The notes under the pieces are model-generated. The model saw only the letters and a list, made by a program, of their open reading frames with translations. It did no database searches and was not told the DNA's origin. From positions 620,001-684,000 of the forward strand of contig NIVC01000376.1 in assembly GCA_002269645.1 (NCBI GenBank): a stretch of DNA of 64,000 nucleotides, given 5' to 3'. Both the position numbers and the translations under genes were made by a program. This DNA is from Macrostomum lignano (taxonomy: Eukaryota). Positions 1-11,533 of the stretch are shown here, piece by piece; the first letter of the stretch is position 1; each line of letters opens with the position of its first letter.

Positions 1-869
1 GACCACGCCGAATAAGAACGGATTTTATTAACTTCAGCGATCAATTTAAGAGTGATCAAATTCTTTCAAGTTAATGAATTAATGGATAAATGATTCACAG
101 TAAAATGAAAATTGGCGACTACTGATAGCTAAAGTTTATTGTAGCAATTAAAATACTACAAATACTACAATTTTTCGTCACAGAAGAAACTTATGAAGCT
201 TACTAAATAAACAAATAACATTGAGAGCGTCAGTCAGAAAATATTCAATTGTAAGTTTATGAAATATATGTTTCACTTTCCTCCAAGAAAAGACGACGAA
301 CACGCGAGATTCAAAAGCTTAAAAAGTAAGCGTCGGGAAAAGTACATTATTCTTATTATTTACGCAAAAGATAACTTGACGGCATACACTAGTATAGAAA
401 TGAAATCATAAATTTGACTATACTACTCTCAAAAGAAGTAGTATTAACCGTTTTGAACTTTCCACCTAATTGGTTTATTTATTGAAACAGGCACACCGAG
501 TAAGCAGGACCTTCTTATTGCCTTCGTCACTGTACGATCTTACCATCACTATTGTTGTACACTATGAATGAGAGAGTTTTTGAGTATCTACAACTGGCAG
601 ACGGACACACTATGCTAGATTAGAGCAAACCAGCTCTTGACTTCTACCAGCTATAGAACTATCGACTTCAGTTTTCAATTAAGGATTAGAAACAAGTTCC
701 ATAGTAATGTGCTTTTCTTGCATTCCCTCACTTTCCCCACGCCTTCGCGACCCCACTGAGGGCTGCTACTGTTGGTTTAGCAACCAGGTGTCTACCTAGT
801 CTCCCGGATAACGCGTTTTTATAGTCTTTCAATACAATATTATCTGCAGTAATGTACTACGTAGACTAC

Positions 870-1200
870 GTAGTTACTACGTTCGCACTTTAGGCGACTA
901 TTGTCGCACAACCGGTGAGAGGCATTACTGACCATTCCGCCGACTCCCCTGAGCAGGCACACAAGCGCGCGGATACGTACGCAGTCATACGCACAGGCAC
1001 ACCCTCACACAGGAGTGTACAGCGGCCCTAACTTTATTTATCGTTAGGCATGTACACCTCACTGTGCCTTGGGGTCGGCCCTCAAGGGCGTTAATTGAAT
1101 GAGCAGAGCCAAGCCGAGGTTTCAATTTAGCCCCAAATTAATGTGACTGCACTGGGAATCGAGCCTGGGCTCCTGGCACATCAGATCGCACCACTGGGCT
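870..1200 (-). mobile_element. tRNA-derived SINE, family B (most complete copy)
   Basis: Minus strand starts AGCCCAGTGGT (A box) ... GGCTCGATTCCC (B box). The body (GAGGGCCGACCCCAAGGCAC...GTGTACATGCCT...AGGGCCGCTGTAC...CTGTGTGAG) recurs at ~3125-3250, ~47890-47970 and ~63415-63630. Boundaries approximate. Confidence 0.7.
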
Positions 1201-1320
1201 GTGGCCCTCCCTCAGGTTAGGTTGGGTATCAAGCTCTCCACTCCAACTCAGTCTCAGGCGTCAAGCAAGCTACCTAAAATACATGTATGCAAAATTTATC
1301 AACCTGCTGCTCATAGCAAG

Positions 1321-1972
1321 AGTATTGGTTTTGTCAGCCTAACTGAGAATAAAGCCATCCAAAGTGAGAATCCTGCCTACGCTAACTGCGAAGGGCCTGG
1401 CTGCGTGCAGCCTTAGTCTATGGGCCATAGACTATAAAGGACAAGCAAAGTGATAAAAAGCCATCCAATGTGAGAATCGATTGGTCTATGCGTCGTATTC
1501 TTTTATTTTTATACCTTCTGAGCCATATGACTAGCCAATAGCTTGAACGGAATAACGGAAACAGGAACACACTGGATGATACAGTACAGTAAAGTAAAGA
1601 GTTAAAATAGCCGTCCCTCAATGCACTGCCCAAAGAGTCGTCTGCAATGCAGGTCCCATGCGGCAGCCTTCCCAGCAGTGACTGTGTCGTCAATCGCTTC
1701 GCGCGCCTCCCTCTCTAACAGCATGTTCCTGTTTCCGTTATTCCGTTCAAGCTATTGGCTAGTCATATGGCTCAGAAGGTATAAAAATAAAAGAATACGA
1801 CGCATAGACCAATCGATTCTCACATTGGATGGCTTTTTATCACTTTGCTTGTCCTTTATAGTCTATGGCCCATAGACTAAGGCTGCACGCAGCCAGGCCC
1901 TTCGCAGTCAGCGTAGGCAGGATTCTCACTTTGGATGGCTTTATTCTCAGTTAGGCTGACAAAAGCAATACT
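1321..1972. repeat. Long inverted repeat / foldback (MITE-like): 249-bp arms 1321-1569 and 1724-1972, 154-bp spacer
   Basis: Arms are reverse complements with only 2 mismatches seen. The ORF track gives the same peptide (FLFPLFRSSY...FIVYGP) on both strands. Each arm contains the palindrome TAGTCTATGG-N-CCATAGACTA. No TSD found. Confidence 0.9.
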
Positions 1973-2323
1973 ACAAAAGTGTAATATACTCAAGTGAAGC
2001 CATCAAGGCATGTATATAATTCTGTTGTAGCACAGCACGACTTAAGGGATTATTGTACAGTGAAAGTGACGTTGTGCGCAAAAAACCGATGCATAGCTAA
2101 GGCCGGCTAGTCAACCCTACAAGTCAACCTCACTACCAACCAATCCGAACCTCAAGACGAGTTCCAGCGAATCACAGAGCGACGGCTAACTCTGAAAGGG
2201 AACAAGGCCAAATGAACTCAAGCTTGTAAACATATCAACGTTTGAAGGCTGCGTAAATGAGTATAGTATGGGAGAAGGCTGGGGCAGAAGCGCTATACTA
2301 CCGTCCAACAGACCAATCTGCTA

Positions 2324-3918
2324 TCAATCTAGCGACTTCTCCACAGCTGAGTTTCTTGTCGCTGTATCACCACCGCCACTTCCTCCGCTGCTGACGGAGA
2401 CGTCCTGACCACGGCGATGCAGCAAACAGGCCGTCAAATCTCGTTGGAACTCCCGACTGCGCCAGGCCAGCAGCAGCCAGCTGATTGACAGGTCGAAGAC
2501 AATGAGCAGCTCGGTGATGTGGCACACCATGATTACAGTTTCAAGCAGGGCGAGGTTCGACTCGGGGCTGACAGTGTACGTCATGACTGCGGTGGTCAGA
2601 CAGGGCGCCGAGCTGATCAAGAGGGCGCAGGACATCGCTAGACAGACGGTGCAGCTGCGAACGGCGCTGTCAGCTGCTCCAGCCGCTGCAGCCTTGACCT
2701 GCGCCTGCATCAGCTCCTGTCGGCGTCGGCGGATGCGCACTACTCGAACCAGGAGGGCAGAGTTCGCCACCAGCATGGCCAGTATGAGTAGCACTGGCGG
2801 GTAGCCAAGCCCGATGTCGTAGAGGATGTTGAAACTGCTCATCCCGGAGTCTGAGCTAGCGTACTTGGCGCAGGACATCGACCCAGTGACCGGGTTGGCG
2901 ATCCAACGGGTCGCGGCGAACAGATAAGCGGCCGTGGCAACGGTTGCTAGGCAGACCAGCCCGCAGACTTTGTAGGCCACGCTGCTGTCTGAATATGGGG
3001 TGCGAGGATCGAATTAGTGGAACCCGACCCACCCGTATTACTGCTTGACGTATGCATAACATACCCATTTGACTAAATGTTCAACCTGGAAGACAGAATA
3101 CAAAACCAGATCACCAAGTGTTTAGCATGAAGGCCAAAGGTCAAGCCAAAAGATGATTAGAAGTTATTAGGGCCGCTGTCAACCCTGTGTGAGCGTGTGT
3201 ATGAGTGCGTGCCTGAGTACAGTATTGGCGCGCTTGTAAGTGCTCAGGAGTCAGCGGAATGGGCGGATGCTGGCGCCCGCAGCCCTCCTACATGATGCCC
3301 GAAAGATTCCCATGCGTCATTACCGAGCCGCTGACTGCGGAACGGACGCCACATGGCCAACGCTCTGTCGCACGCCATTGCGGTGAGCAGCCCATATGCC
3401 AGCAGGATCAGCCAGGCCATCAGGAAGCTGACTGTCCGACAGGCAGCATCGGACACGTCGCCGATAATCAGACCGGCTGAGCCGCCGCTGAGCCACGGCA
3501 GGCCGTAGGGCAGGAAGAACTGCAGCAGCCCGTAGCTCAGCACCGCGCCGCAGTTCGCGGCCGACGCGGCGCCCAGGTAGACGCTCTGGCGCGTCCGGCG
3601 CTCCTTGGCGCGAGCTCGACGGAGCAGCAGCCAGGCAGACAGGGCGTTGCCGGGCGCTCCAATCAGCACGACAACGAGCGTCGGGATGCCCGAAAGAATG
3701 CCGAGTACTGAGGCCAGAGCGCACAGGAGGCGATTCCAGTCGGCGTTATCTGGAGTGCCGCAATGGCTGTGAATGTTAAACAAATTCCGGCCATTTTCAT
3801 TGACTAGCGTTGAGTTTCCTCTGGCCCTAGCAACTGTAGCTAGAGCTGTCAGACGGTGAATCGAAAACGCGGAATTTTTCGTCAGTTCGAACAGAAATTT
3901 GGCGCTTTGCAGGCTCAT
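2324..3918 (-). CDS. Orphan rhodopsin-class (class A) 7TM GPCR, peptide-receptor-like; exons 3918-3324 and 2988-2324 (~419 aa, start uncertain)
   Basis: TM1 GN (LIGAPGNALS), TM3 DRY-like MACDRALAMWRP, TM5 YPPVLL, TM6 SSAP, seven hydrophobic segments. Phase-1 intron GTAATG(3323)...TTCAG(2989) joins the two ORFs in frame (G+AC=Asp). An upstream exon cannot be excluded. Confidence 0.85.
3125..3250 (+). mobile_element. SINE family B fragment in the GPCR intron
   Basis: TAGGGCCGCTGTCAACCCTGTGTGAGCGTGTG...GGCGCGCTTGTAAGTGCTCAGG is the reverse complement match to ~950-1031. Confidence 0.65.
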
Positions 3919-4320
3919 ATGCGTTGCTAACTGGACCAAAGTTTTTTTCAACTGAAGTTCTTGAATTTTTTACGGGTTAATGAGATATTTTATAAAAAAA
4001 CACGTTGAAGCAGTGTTTCACTTCAAGTAAGTAATTGGGAAAATATTTATTGCGCATGGCTGGCACAGGCATGTATGGGATAGTGACACCTGCAGTTGAC
4101 AGCTTTCACATGGAGCTATTCTTAAACTTTGTCAGTTGATAACGAACTTGGTTTAACCCTGACTTAGGGCGACAAATTGGTAAAAATTTACCCAAGGACA
4201 ACCCAAAAAGTCGGGCTCTTAGCGTTCGATTCTTTGCTAACATCACTACTCAGAGTACGACGTAAAAAGACCCTGAAAGAATAAAAGAGTGTACAAGATG
4301 GATTCATTTTTCAAAGATAG

Positions 4321-6122
4321 TGTCCCATTCCTGAAGATGGTGTCTCATTCCTGAAGATGGTGTCTCATTCCTGAAGATGGTGTCTCATTCCTGAAGATGG
4401 TCTCCTATTCCTGAAGATGGTGTCTCATTCCTGAAGATGGTGTCTCATTCCTGAAGATGGTGTCTCATTACTGAAGATGGTGTCTCATTCCTGAAGATGG
4501 TCTCCTATTCCTGATGATGGTGTCTCATTCCTGAAGATGGTCTCCTATTCCTGAAGATGGTGTCTCATTCCTGAAGATGGTCTCCTATTCCTGAAGATGG
4601 TGTCTCATTACTGAAGATGGTGTCTCATTCCTGAAGATGGTGTCTCATTCCTGAAGATGGTGTCTCATTCCTGAAGATGGTGTCTCATTCCTGAAGATGG
4701 TGTCTCATTCCTGAAGATGGTGTCTCATTCCTGAAGATGGTGTCTCATTCCTGATGATGGTGTCTCATTCCTGAAGATGGTCTCCTATTCCTGAAGATGG
4801 TGTCTCATTCCTGAAGATGGTCTCCTATTCCTGAAGATGGTGTCTCATTACTGAAGATGGTGTCTCATTCCTGAAGATGGTGTCTCATTCCTGAAGATGG
4901 TGTCTCATTCCTGAAGATGGTGTCTCATTCCTGAAGATGGTCTCCTATTTCTGAAGATGGTGTCTCATTCCTGAAGATGGTGTCTCATTCCTGAAGATGG
5001 TGTCTCATTCCTGATGATGGTGTCTCATTCCTGAAGATGGTGTCTCATTCCTGAAGATGGTCTCCTATTCCTGAAGATGGTGTCTCATTCCTGAAGATGG
5101 TGTCTCATTCCTGAAGATGGTGTCTCATTACTGAAGATGGTGTCTCATTCCTGAAGATGGTGTCTCATTCCTGAAGATGGTCTCCTATTCCTGAAGATGG
5201 TGTCTCATTCCTGAAGATGGTGTCTCATTCCTGAAGATGGTCTCCTATTCCTGAAGATGGTGTCTCATTCCTGAAGATGGTCTCCTATTCCTGAAGATGG
5301 TGTCTCATTCCTGAAGATGGTCTCCTATTCCTGAAGATGGTGTCTCATTCCTGAAGATGGTGTCTCATTACTGAAGATGGTGTCTCATTCCTGAAGATGG
5401 TCTCCTATTCCTGATGATGGTGTCTCATTCCTGAAGATGGTCTCCTATTCCTGAAGATGGTGTCTCATTCCTGAAGATGGTCTCCTATTCCTGATGATGG
5501 TGTCTCATTCCTGAAGATGGTCTCCTATTCCTGAAGATGGTGTCTCATTCCTGAAGATGGTCTCCTATTCCTGAAGATGGTGTCTCATTACTGAAGATGG
5601 TGTCTCATTCCTGAAGATGGTCTCCTATTCCTGATGATGGTGTCTCATTCCTGAAGATGGTGTCTCATTCCTGAAGATGGTGTCTCATTCCTGAAGATGG
5701 TGTCTCATTCCTGAAGATGGTGTCTCATTCCTGAAGATGGTGTCTCATTCCTGAAGATGGTGTCTCATTCCTGAAGATGGTGTCTCATTCCTGAAGATGG
5801 TGTCTCATTCCTGAAGATGGTCTCCTATTACTGAAGATGGTGTCTCATTCCTGAAGATGGTCTCCTATTCCTGATGATGGTGTCTCATTCCTGAAGATGG
5901 TGTCTCATTCCTGAAGATGGTGTCTCATTCCTGAAGATGGTGTCTCATTCCTGAAGATGGTGTCTCATTCCTGAAGATGGTCTCCTATTCCTGATGATGG
6001 TGTCTCATTCCTGAAGATGGTGTCTCATTCCTGAAGATGGTGTCTCATTCCTGAAGATGGTGTCTCATTCCTGAAGATGGTGTCTCATTACTGAAGATGG
6101 TGTCTCATTCCTGAAGATGGTG
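4321..6122. repeat. 20-bp minisatellite (CTGAAGATGGTGTCTCATTC) x ~90
   Basis: Exact 20-bp period with a few recurring variants (TCTCCT, CTGATG, ATTA). Confidence 0.98.
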
Positions 6123-6548
6123 CTGTAGTTACAGATGCAGTTACAGATTGCAGATGCGGTTACATTCTGAAGATAACCCTGTAATGCCTTTAATTTAATG
6201 ATGCTGAAAAATGTGCTCTATAAAAATCCTTAGAACATATTTGCTACTGTATTTAAACTAAATCAGGCGATTAATTAGCCAATAATTTTGATTCTGCAAA
6301 AGCTCGTTTACTGTGAGGCTTGCAGATGACATATATAGAGAGAGATTTCGAGAGAAAAAGCGAGGCACAAAAACAGTACAGCAGATCGACTGATCATTGC
6401 AGCGAGATTATCCGCTTAGTGTACTGGATTTCAGACACAGAAGAGGAGAGAATCGCCCACTCTCCTCACGGCGAGGCCCAGCTAGAAAAATGCCTTACTA
6501 CAGGCGATTTTTTCAACTATCTGCCCGTTGCCTCAAAGTGCTATGGGA

Positions 6549-6551
<3 letters not shown>

Positions 6552-6595
<44 letters not shown>
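6552..6595. repeat. (GA)n microsatellite upstream of the Ly6 gene
   Basis: Pure GA run of ~22 units. Confidence 0.95.
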
Positions 6596-6598
<3 letters not shown>

Positions 6599-7028
6599 CG
6601 ATAGAGGGTAGGCTGCTTGGGTAGGAAATTACGGGGAAACGAACGATTTTTGGGGACCAGAAACGGAGCTGGAGAGCGAGAAGCGGTGAAGGCTGAGGTA
6701 CTCGCGTCCCAGCAGAACTGGTGAGAAAGTACAGGAGTGCAGCATCAGACACTTGCGATGGGGTTTGCGCGCCTGGCCAGTATTTTCTGCCTTGGATTGG
6801 CATTGATTGGCTGGGCGTGGACGTACTGGAGGCGTCAGGCAGAGGGCAGAGGGGCAGAGGGCAGAGGGTGAAGCCAGGAGATGCACATGCGGCCAACTCC
6901 CCAGAATTATTGAAATTGTCCAACTCTCTTAGAGCTGCATGGGGAAAGACACTGAGAGAGAATTTCTAATGATGATCTGGGATTTATCAGTATTTCATTG
7001 CTTTGTATTTTGGTAGTTTAGGTAGAAA

Positions 7029-8290
7029 ATGCCTGCGTTTAATATTCACGCCGAGATGAATTCATCTGGATTCAAGATCGTGATGACGCTGTTCGTGTTG
7101 CTTCACACGGCCTCCTGTCAAGGTGAGATAGCAACTTACACTACATGTCTGCAGTTTCTATATTCTCTAATTATGAATATGACTAAAAACGTGCAGATGT
7201 GTCAAGCCTCTTGGGTGTAGGGGTTCGCAATGTCTGTTGGTCGGGAAAATTCGAATTACAGCCAGTGGACTCTGACGCAGCCAGAAGGGAGTGTCAATAG
7301 TCTCAGGAATTAGTTAGCCTTGGTATTTACTTACTTGACTCAGCTGTAGGGGATTCCAGGCATCCGGGTGCAGTGGGGAGGCGTTGCCGCCCATTCCTCT
7401 AGCCCCTAGCGACCACGGGCAGCGCGGTCCCCCTCCAGAGAATCCAGGAGGTGGATAGTCGCTCGCCCGGTAGCCCTTAGTTAGCGGACGAGCTGGCAGA
7501 GATTCTCGGGCACGAAAACGTTGGAAATGTTCGGGTTTGGACTGAGGTCTGTCCAGAGTAAAGGCGGGGCAGTCACAGATGAAGTGCTCCGCATTCTCGA
7601 CACCGGAGAGGCAGAATGGGCATTCCTCGATACCGATTTTTACCCTGGAAGTGACGATGTCTGGTAAAACAGCCATGTCCCGAGAGGGCCATGGTGACCA
7701 CCCCGATGTCCCTGCGGTTGAGTCCAAGCAGGTCCCTGTGGAGGGCGGGGGTTGGCCCTGGTCCCGATTTGCGTCAGTACCAAGACTACAGCATACCACA
7801 GAACATTTCCGACACTCACAGTTGAAACCGTCGCGCCCCAACCCCATGCGCAGTTTTCCCCTCGGACTCGGCCGGCGGCATCAGCTGCTTCCAGTGCCAC
7901 TCGGTGAACAACTCGGACCCTACGTGTCACGACCCGTTCAACTCGGCTCTGCACCCAATAAAGACCAGCATCTGCTCCGAGGGCCGGCGCGATCACCGAG
8001 GCAAGTTTCCTGGCCGGTACTGCTTCAAGATAAAAGGCAGACGAGCCTCCGACGGAGTGGAAATCGTTGTTAGACGCTGCAGCGTTGACACATTGGTTGA
8101 CAACACGTTGAAGAGTCACTACGGCCACTTCAAGATCGTCTCCGGCAACACTACGGAGCAGTTCTTCGGCACCGTGTCGATGTGCCGCTTTGACGGATGC
8201 AACGCAGCATCGGCGCTGAGCTCAACCATCTGGCTAACCCTTGGTGTTGCCCTATCACTGCTCCTACGTGCAACTGGTTGCGGCTTCTAG
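7029..8290 (+). CDS. Quiver/sleepless-like Ly6/uPAR three-finger protein, secreted and probably GPI-anchored; exons 7029(or 7056)-7122 and 7854-8290
   Basis: Signal peptide [22 protein letters not shown], phase-1 intron (G|GTGAG...GCAG|TT). Then [21 protein letters not shown]...CFK...RRC...CRFDGCN and a hydrophobic C-terminal GPI-type tail. Confidence 0.88.
7211..7785 (-). mobile_element. Degenerate 3' fragment of an RNase H-type (I-group) LINE inside the Ly6 intron
   Basis: Frameshifted translation [31 protein letters not shown] / [18 protein letters not shown] aligns with the C-terminus of the LINE at 49487-50788 (LLNQSRKDIRALAMTLTGYGCFARH...FC...HFVCQC; CCHC knuckle). Confidence 0.75.
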
Positions 8291-8424
8291 TGTCCAGGTT
8301 GACTGACGTGAACTACTGAAAAGATAAATATCGTGACAATGCTGAGAGGAAGGGGGCAGAATAACTGCTCCCGACTCAACTCCCGAAATCTTGGTTTTGA
8401 TTCAGTTTGCAGATTAGCCTGCAG

Positions 8425-9052
8425 GCCAACCCCCTGAGTCAAACCCGTGGAAGCCAACCCCCTGAGTCAAACCCGTGGAAGCCAACCCCCTGAGTCAAAC
8501 CCATGGAAGCCAACCCCCTGAGTCAAACCCATGGAAGCCAACCCCCTGAGTCAAACCCATGGAAGCCAACCCCCTGAGTCAAACCCGTGGAAGCCAACCC
8601 CTGAGTCAAACCCGTGGAAGCCAACCCCCTGAGTCAAACCCATGGAAGCCAACCCCCTGAGTCAAACCCATGGAAGCCAACCCCCTGAGTCAAACCCGTG
8701 GAAGCCAACCCCCTGAGTCAAACCCGTGGAAGCCAACCCCCTGAGTCAAACCCGTGGAAGCCAACCCCTGAGTCAAACCCATGGAAGCCAACCCCCTGAG
8801 TCAAACCCGTGGAAGCCAACCCCCTGAGTCAAACCCATGGAAGCCAACCCCCTGAGTCAAACCCATGGAAGTCAACCCATGAGTCAATCCCATGGAAGTC
8901 AACCCATGAGTCAAACCCATGGAAGTCAACCCATGAGTCAAAATCATGGAAGTCAACCCCTGAGTCAAACTTATGAAAGTCAACCCCTGAGTCAAACCCA
9001 TGGAAGTCAACCCCTGAGTCAAACTTATGGAAGTCAACCCCATGAGTCAAAA
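8425..9052. repeat. 27-28-bp minisatellite (GGAAGCCAACCCCCTGAGTCAAACCCAT) x ~23
   Basis: Clear period, grading from 28-bp to 27-bp units. Every unit carries TGAGTCA. Confidence 0.96.
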
Positions 9053-9760
9053 GTCCAGTCATAAATACTGCACATCCTGTGTGAGTGTATGTACTCAGGG
9101 CTCAATCGAGTCAACACAGATGTACATGTAGCTGGGTTCCGACTGTTGCTTGAGCTCTTGAAATTGCCTACTTAAAGTGTTCAAAGCCCATCTGCGTACT
9201 AATTAGCACAGGACTAATTAATAACTGCGCCTTTGCGCCATTGCAATTCGAGGACCCATGCAGCAGCTCCTCCGACTGCACACTACAGGTAGGAAACCTA
9301 AACATCGATAGGCCTAATTCGCCTTCAGAAACTACCTGCATTCATTTTAGTTTCGTGTTTTAATCATTGCTTTTTTCACTCTTTTCTAAAACACACATCT
9401 GCAGTAAAACAAATTGTTTAATTTTTTGTCTATAGAAGATAATTCCTCATCGAAGCTACGTCGATTTCGAATTAAAAAGGTACGTTGTAATGTATAGGGA
9501 TGTTTCTGTATGGTCATCGATTGAAAAGGAAAGCTCTTATTACGGAATCAAGGTCATCGATAATCTAATACCTGTCTATTTCATGCGTTCAGTTGAAATC
9601 TCATAATCTCATTTGACATTATAATTTTTCCAACATTGAATGTATACTCGTATACTACTTTTTGTTTGAATATCCCTTCGATTAAACAGCTTCTGCAAAT
9701 TTGCGGTAATGGACTGCGATCCCTTTTAATCGCTATGGTTATTTTTGTTTGTACATTTGC

Positions 9761-10330
<570 letters not shown>

Positions 10331-11533
10331 TCTAGTTGACTATTGTCCTCAATTTAATAGACAGACAGTGTATTGTACCTAACATAGAGACTATTGATTT
10401 TTTTAATCTAGATAATAACTGAGCAGCAATGCTACTGTAAGTAGGATCCGGTTGATTGTTTCGTCTTTTCTTCGTTGACACGTGCACTGCAAAATCTGCT
10501 CCATCGACATGAGTGCCAATTCTCACAATGCTTACCTGTTGGTCATGGATTGTAAAGGAAAGATATTAATGCGGAATCACGGTAAGTGAAAAGTCTACCT
10601 CTTTTTTACCCGAATCCAACTGGGGAGCGAACTCACGGTCTATGAAATATGGTTAATATCGTCAGCTCTGTGGGGATGACCAATCTGAACACGTCAGAAG
10701 GTCCAGGGATCCTTGACTACCAGTATAAGCCTGCATTTCTTCATTTTTTTGCTATGAAAATTACCTTTTGTGAGTTTCTTAAAAGTGAATCGACTCTGAG
10801 TTGCATCCCGCATTTTGTTGGATGGTTGGTAAAGTTACCTTGGGACCTGAAACCCGCTTACTCTTGAAATGCATGAGGGGAAATTTCTAAACTGGCTGAA
10901 TTCGAGGCCAAACTGAGAGGATTCTGAAGAGCCGCGTGACGCACAGAGGGGAGGGGTTTTGAAATTCTCCTCCATCAGTCAGTTTAATCTGGCGCTGAGT
11001 CACTATGAAACCCCCAGACCCTAAGCAGCTTCAGGCAGCATATGGCAAACAGCCACCCTCCCCGCGATTATAACTACCGCCATAATTCAGATTACATATT
11101 TATATACACATTCGATTTTAAACTGGTCATGGACTACTAAAAAAGAGATCTGAAATGAAATCCCGAAGAAGAATTTGACCCTATTCCAGATTCTAGATCT
11201 AGAAGTCTTTGTCCCATATTTCGGTGTCCTGTTGCTGGAATCCTATTATTCATAGGAGCTCGATAATTGTGTAAACAATCCACCAGCTTCAAATACAAAT
11301 TGTGTAAACAATTCGGAGTTGTTGCTGAAACTGGGACCAAAAACTGGGGAAGTCGGTAAACAAAGTTGCTGGAGAATGAAGGAGATGGTCGAGGCTCTGA
11401 GTGACAGCATACAAGAAAGCAGACACAGCTACCGTTTTTAGATCGATTTATTAAAAATATTCGGCAATCCAGTTTGCTACAAAGAAGGCAAAACTCCAAC
11501 TAGAGAAGGCTCTAGGCTCTAGAGCACTGAGAT

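Noticed and set aside
4321-6122. Regular arrays as possible CRISPR loci
   Set aside because: Head-to-tail repeats with no unique spacers and no cas genes; eukaryotic context.
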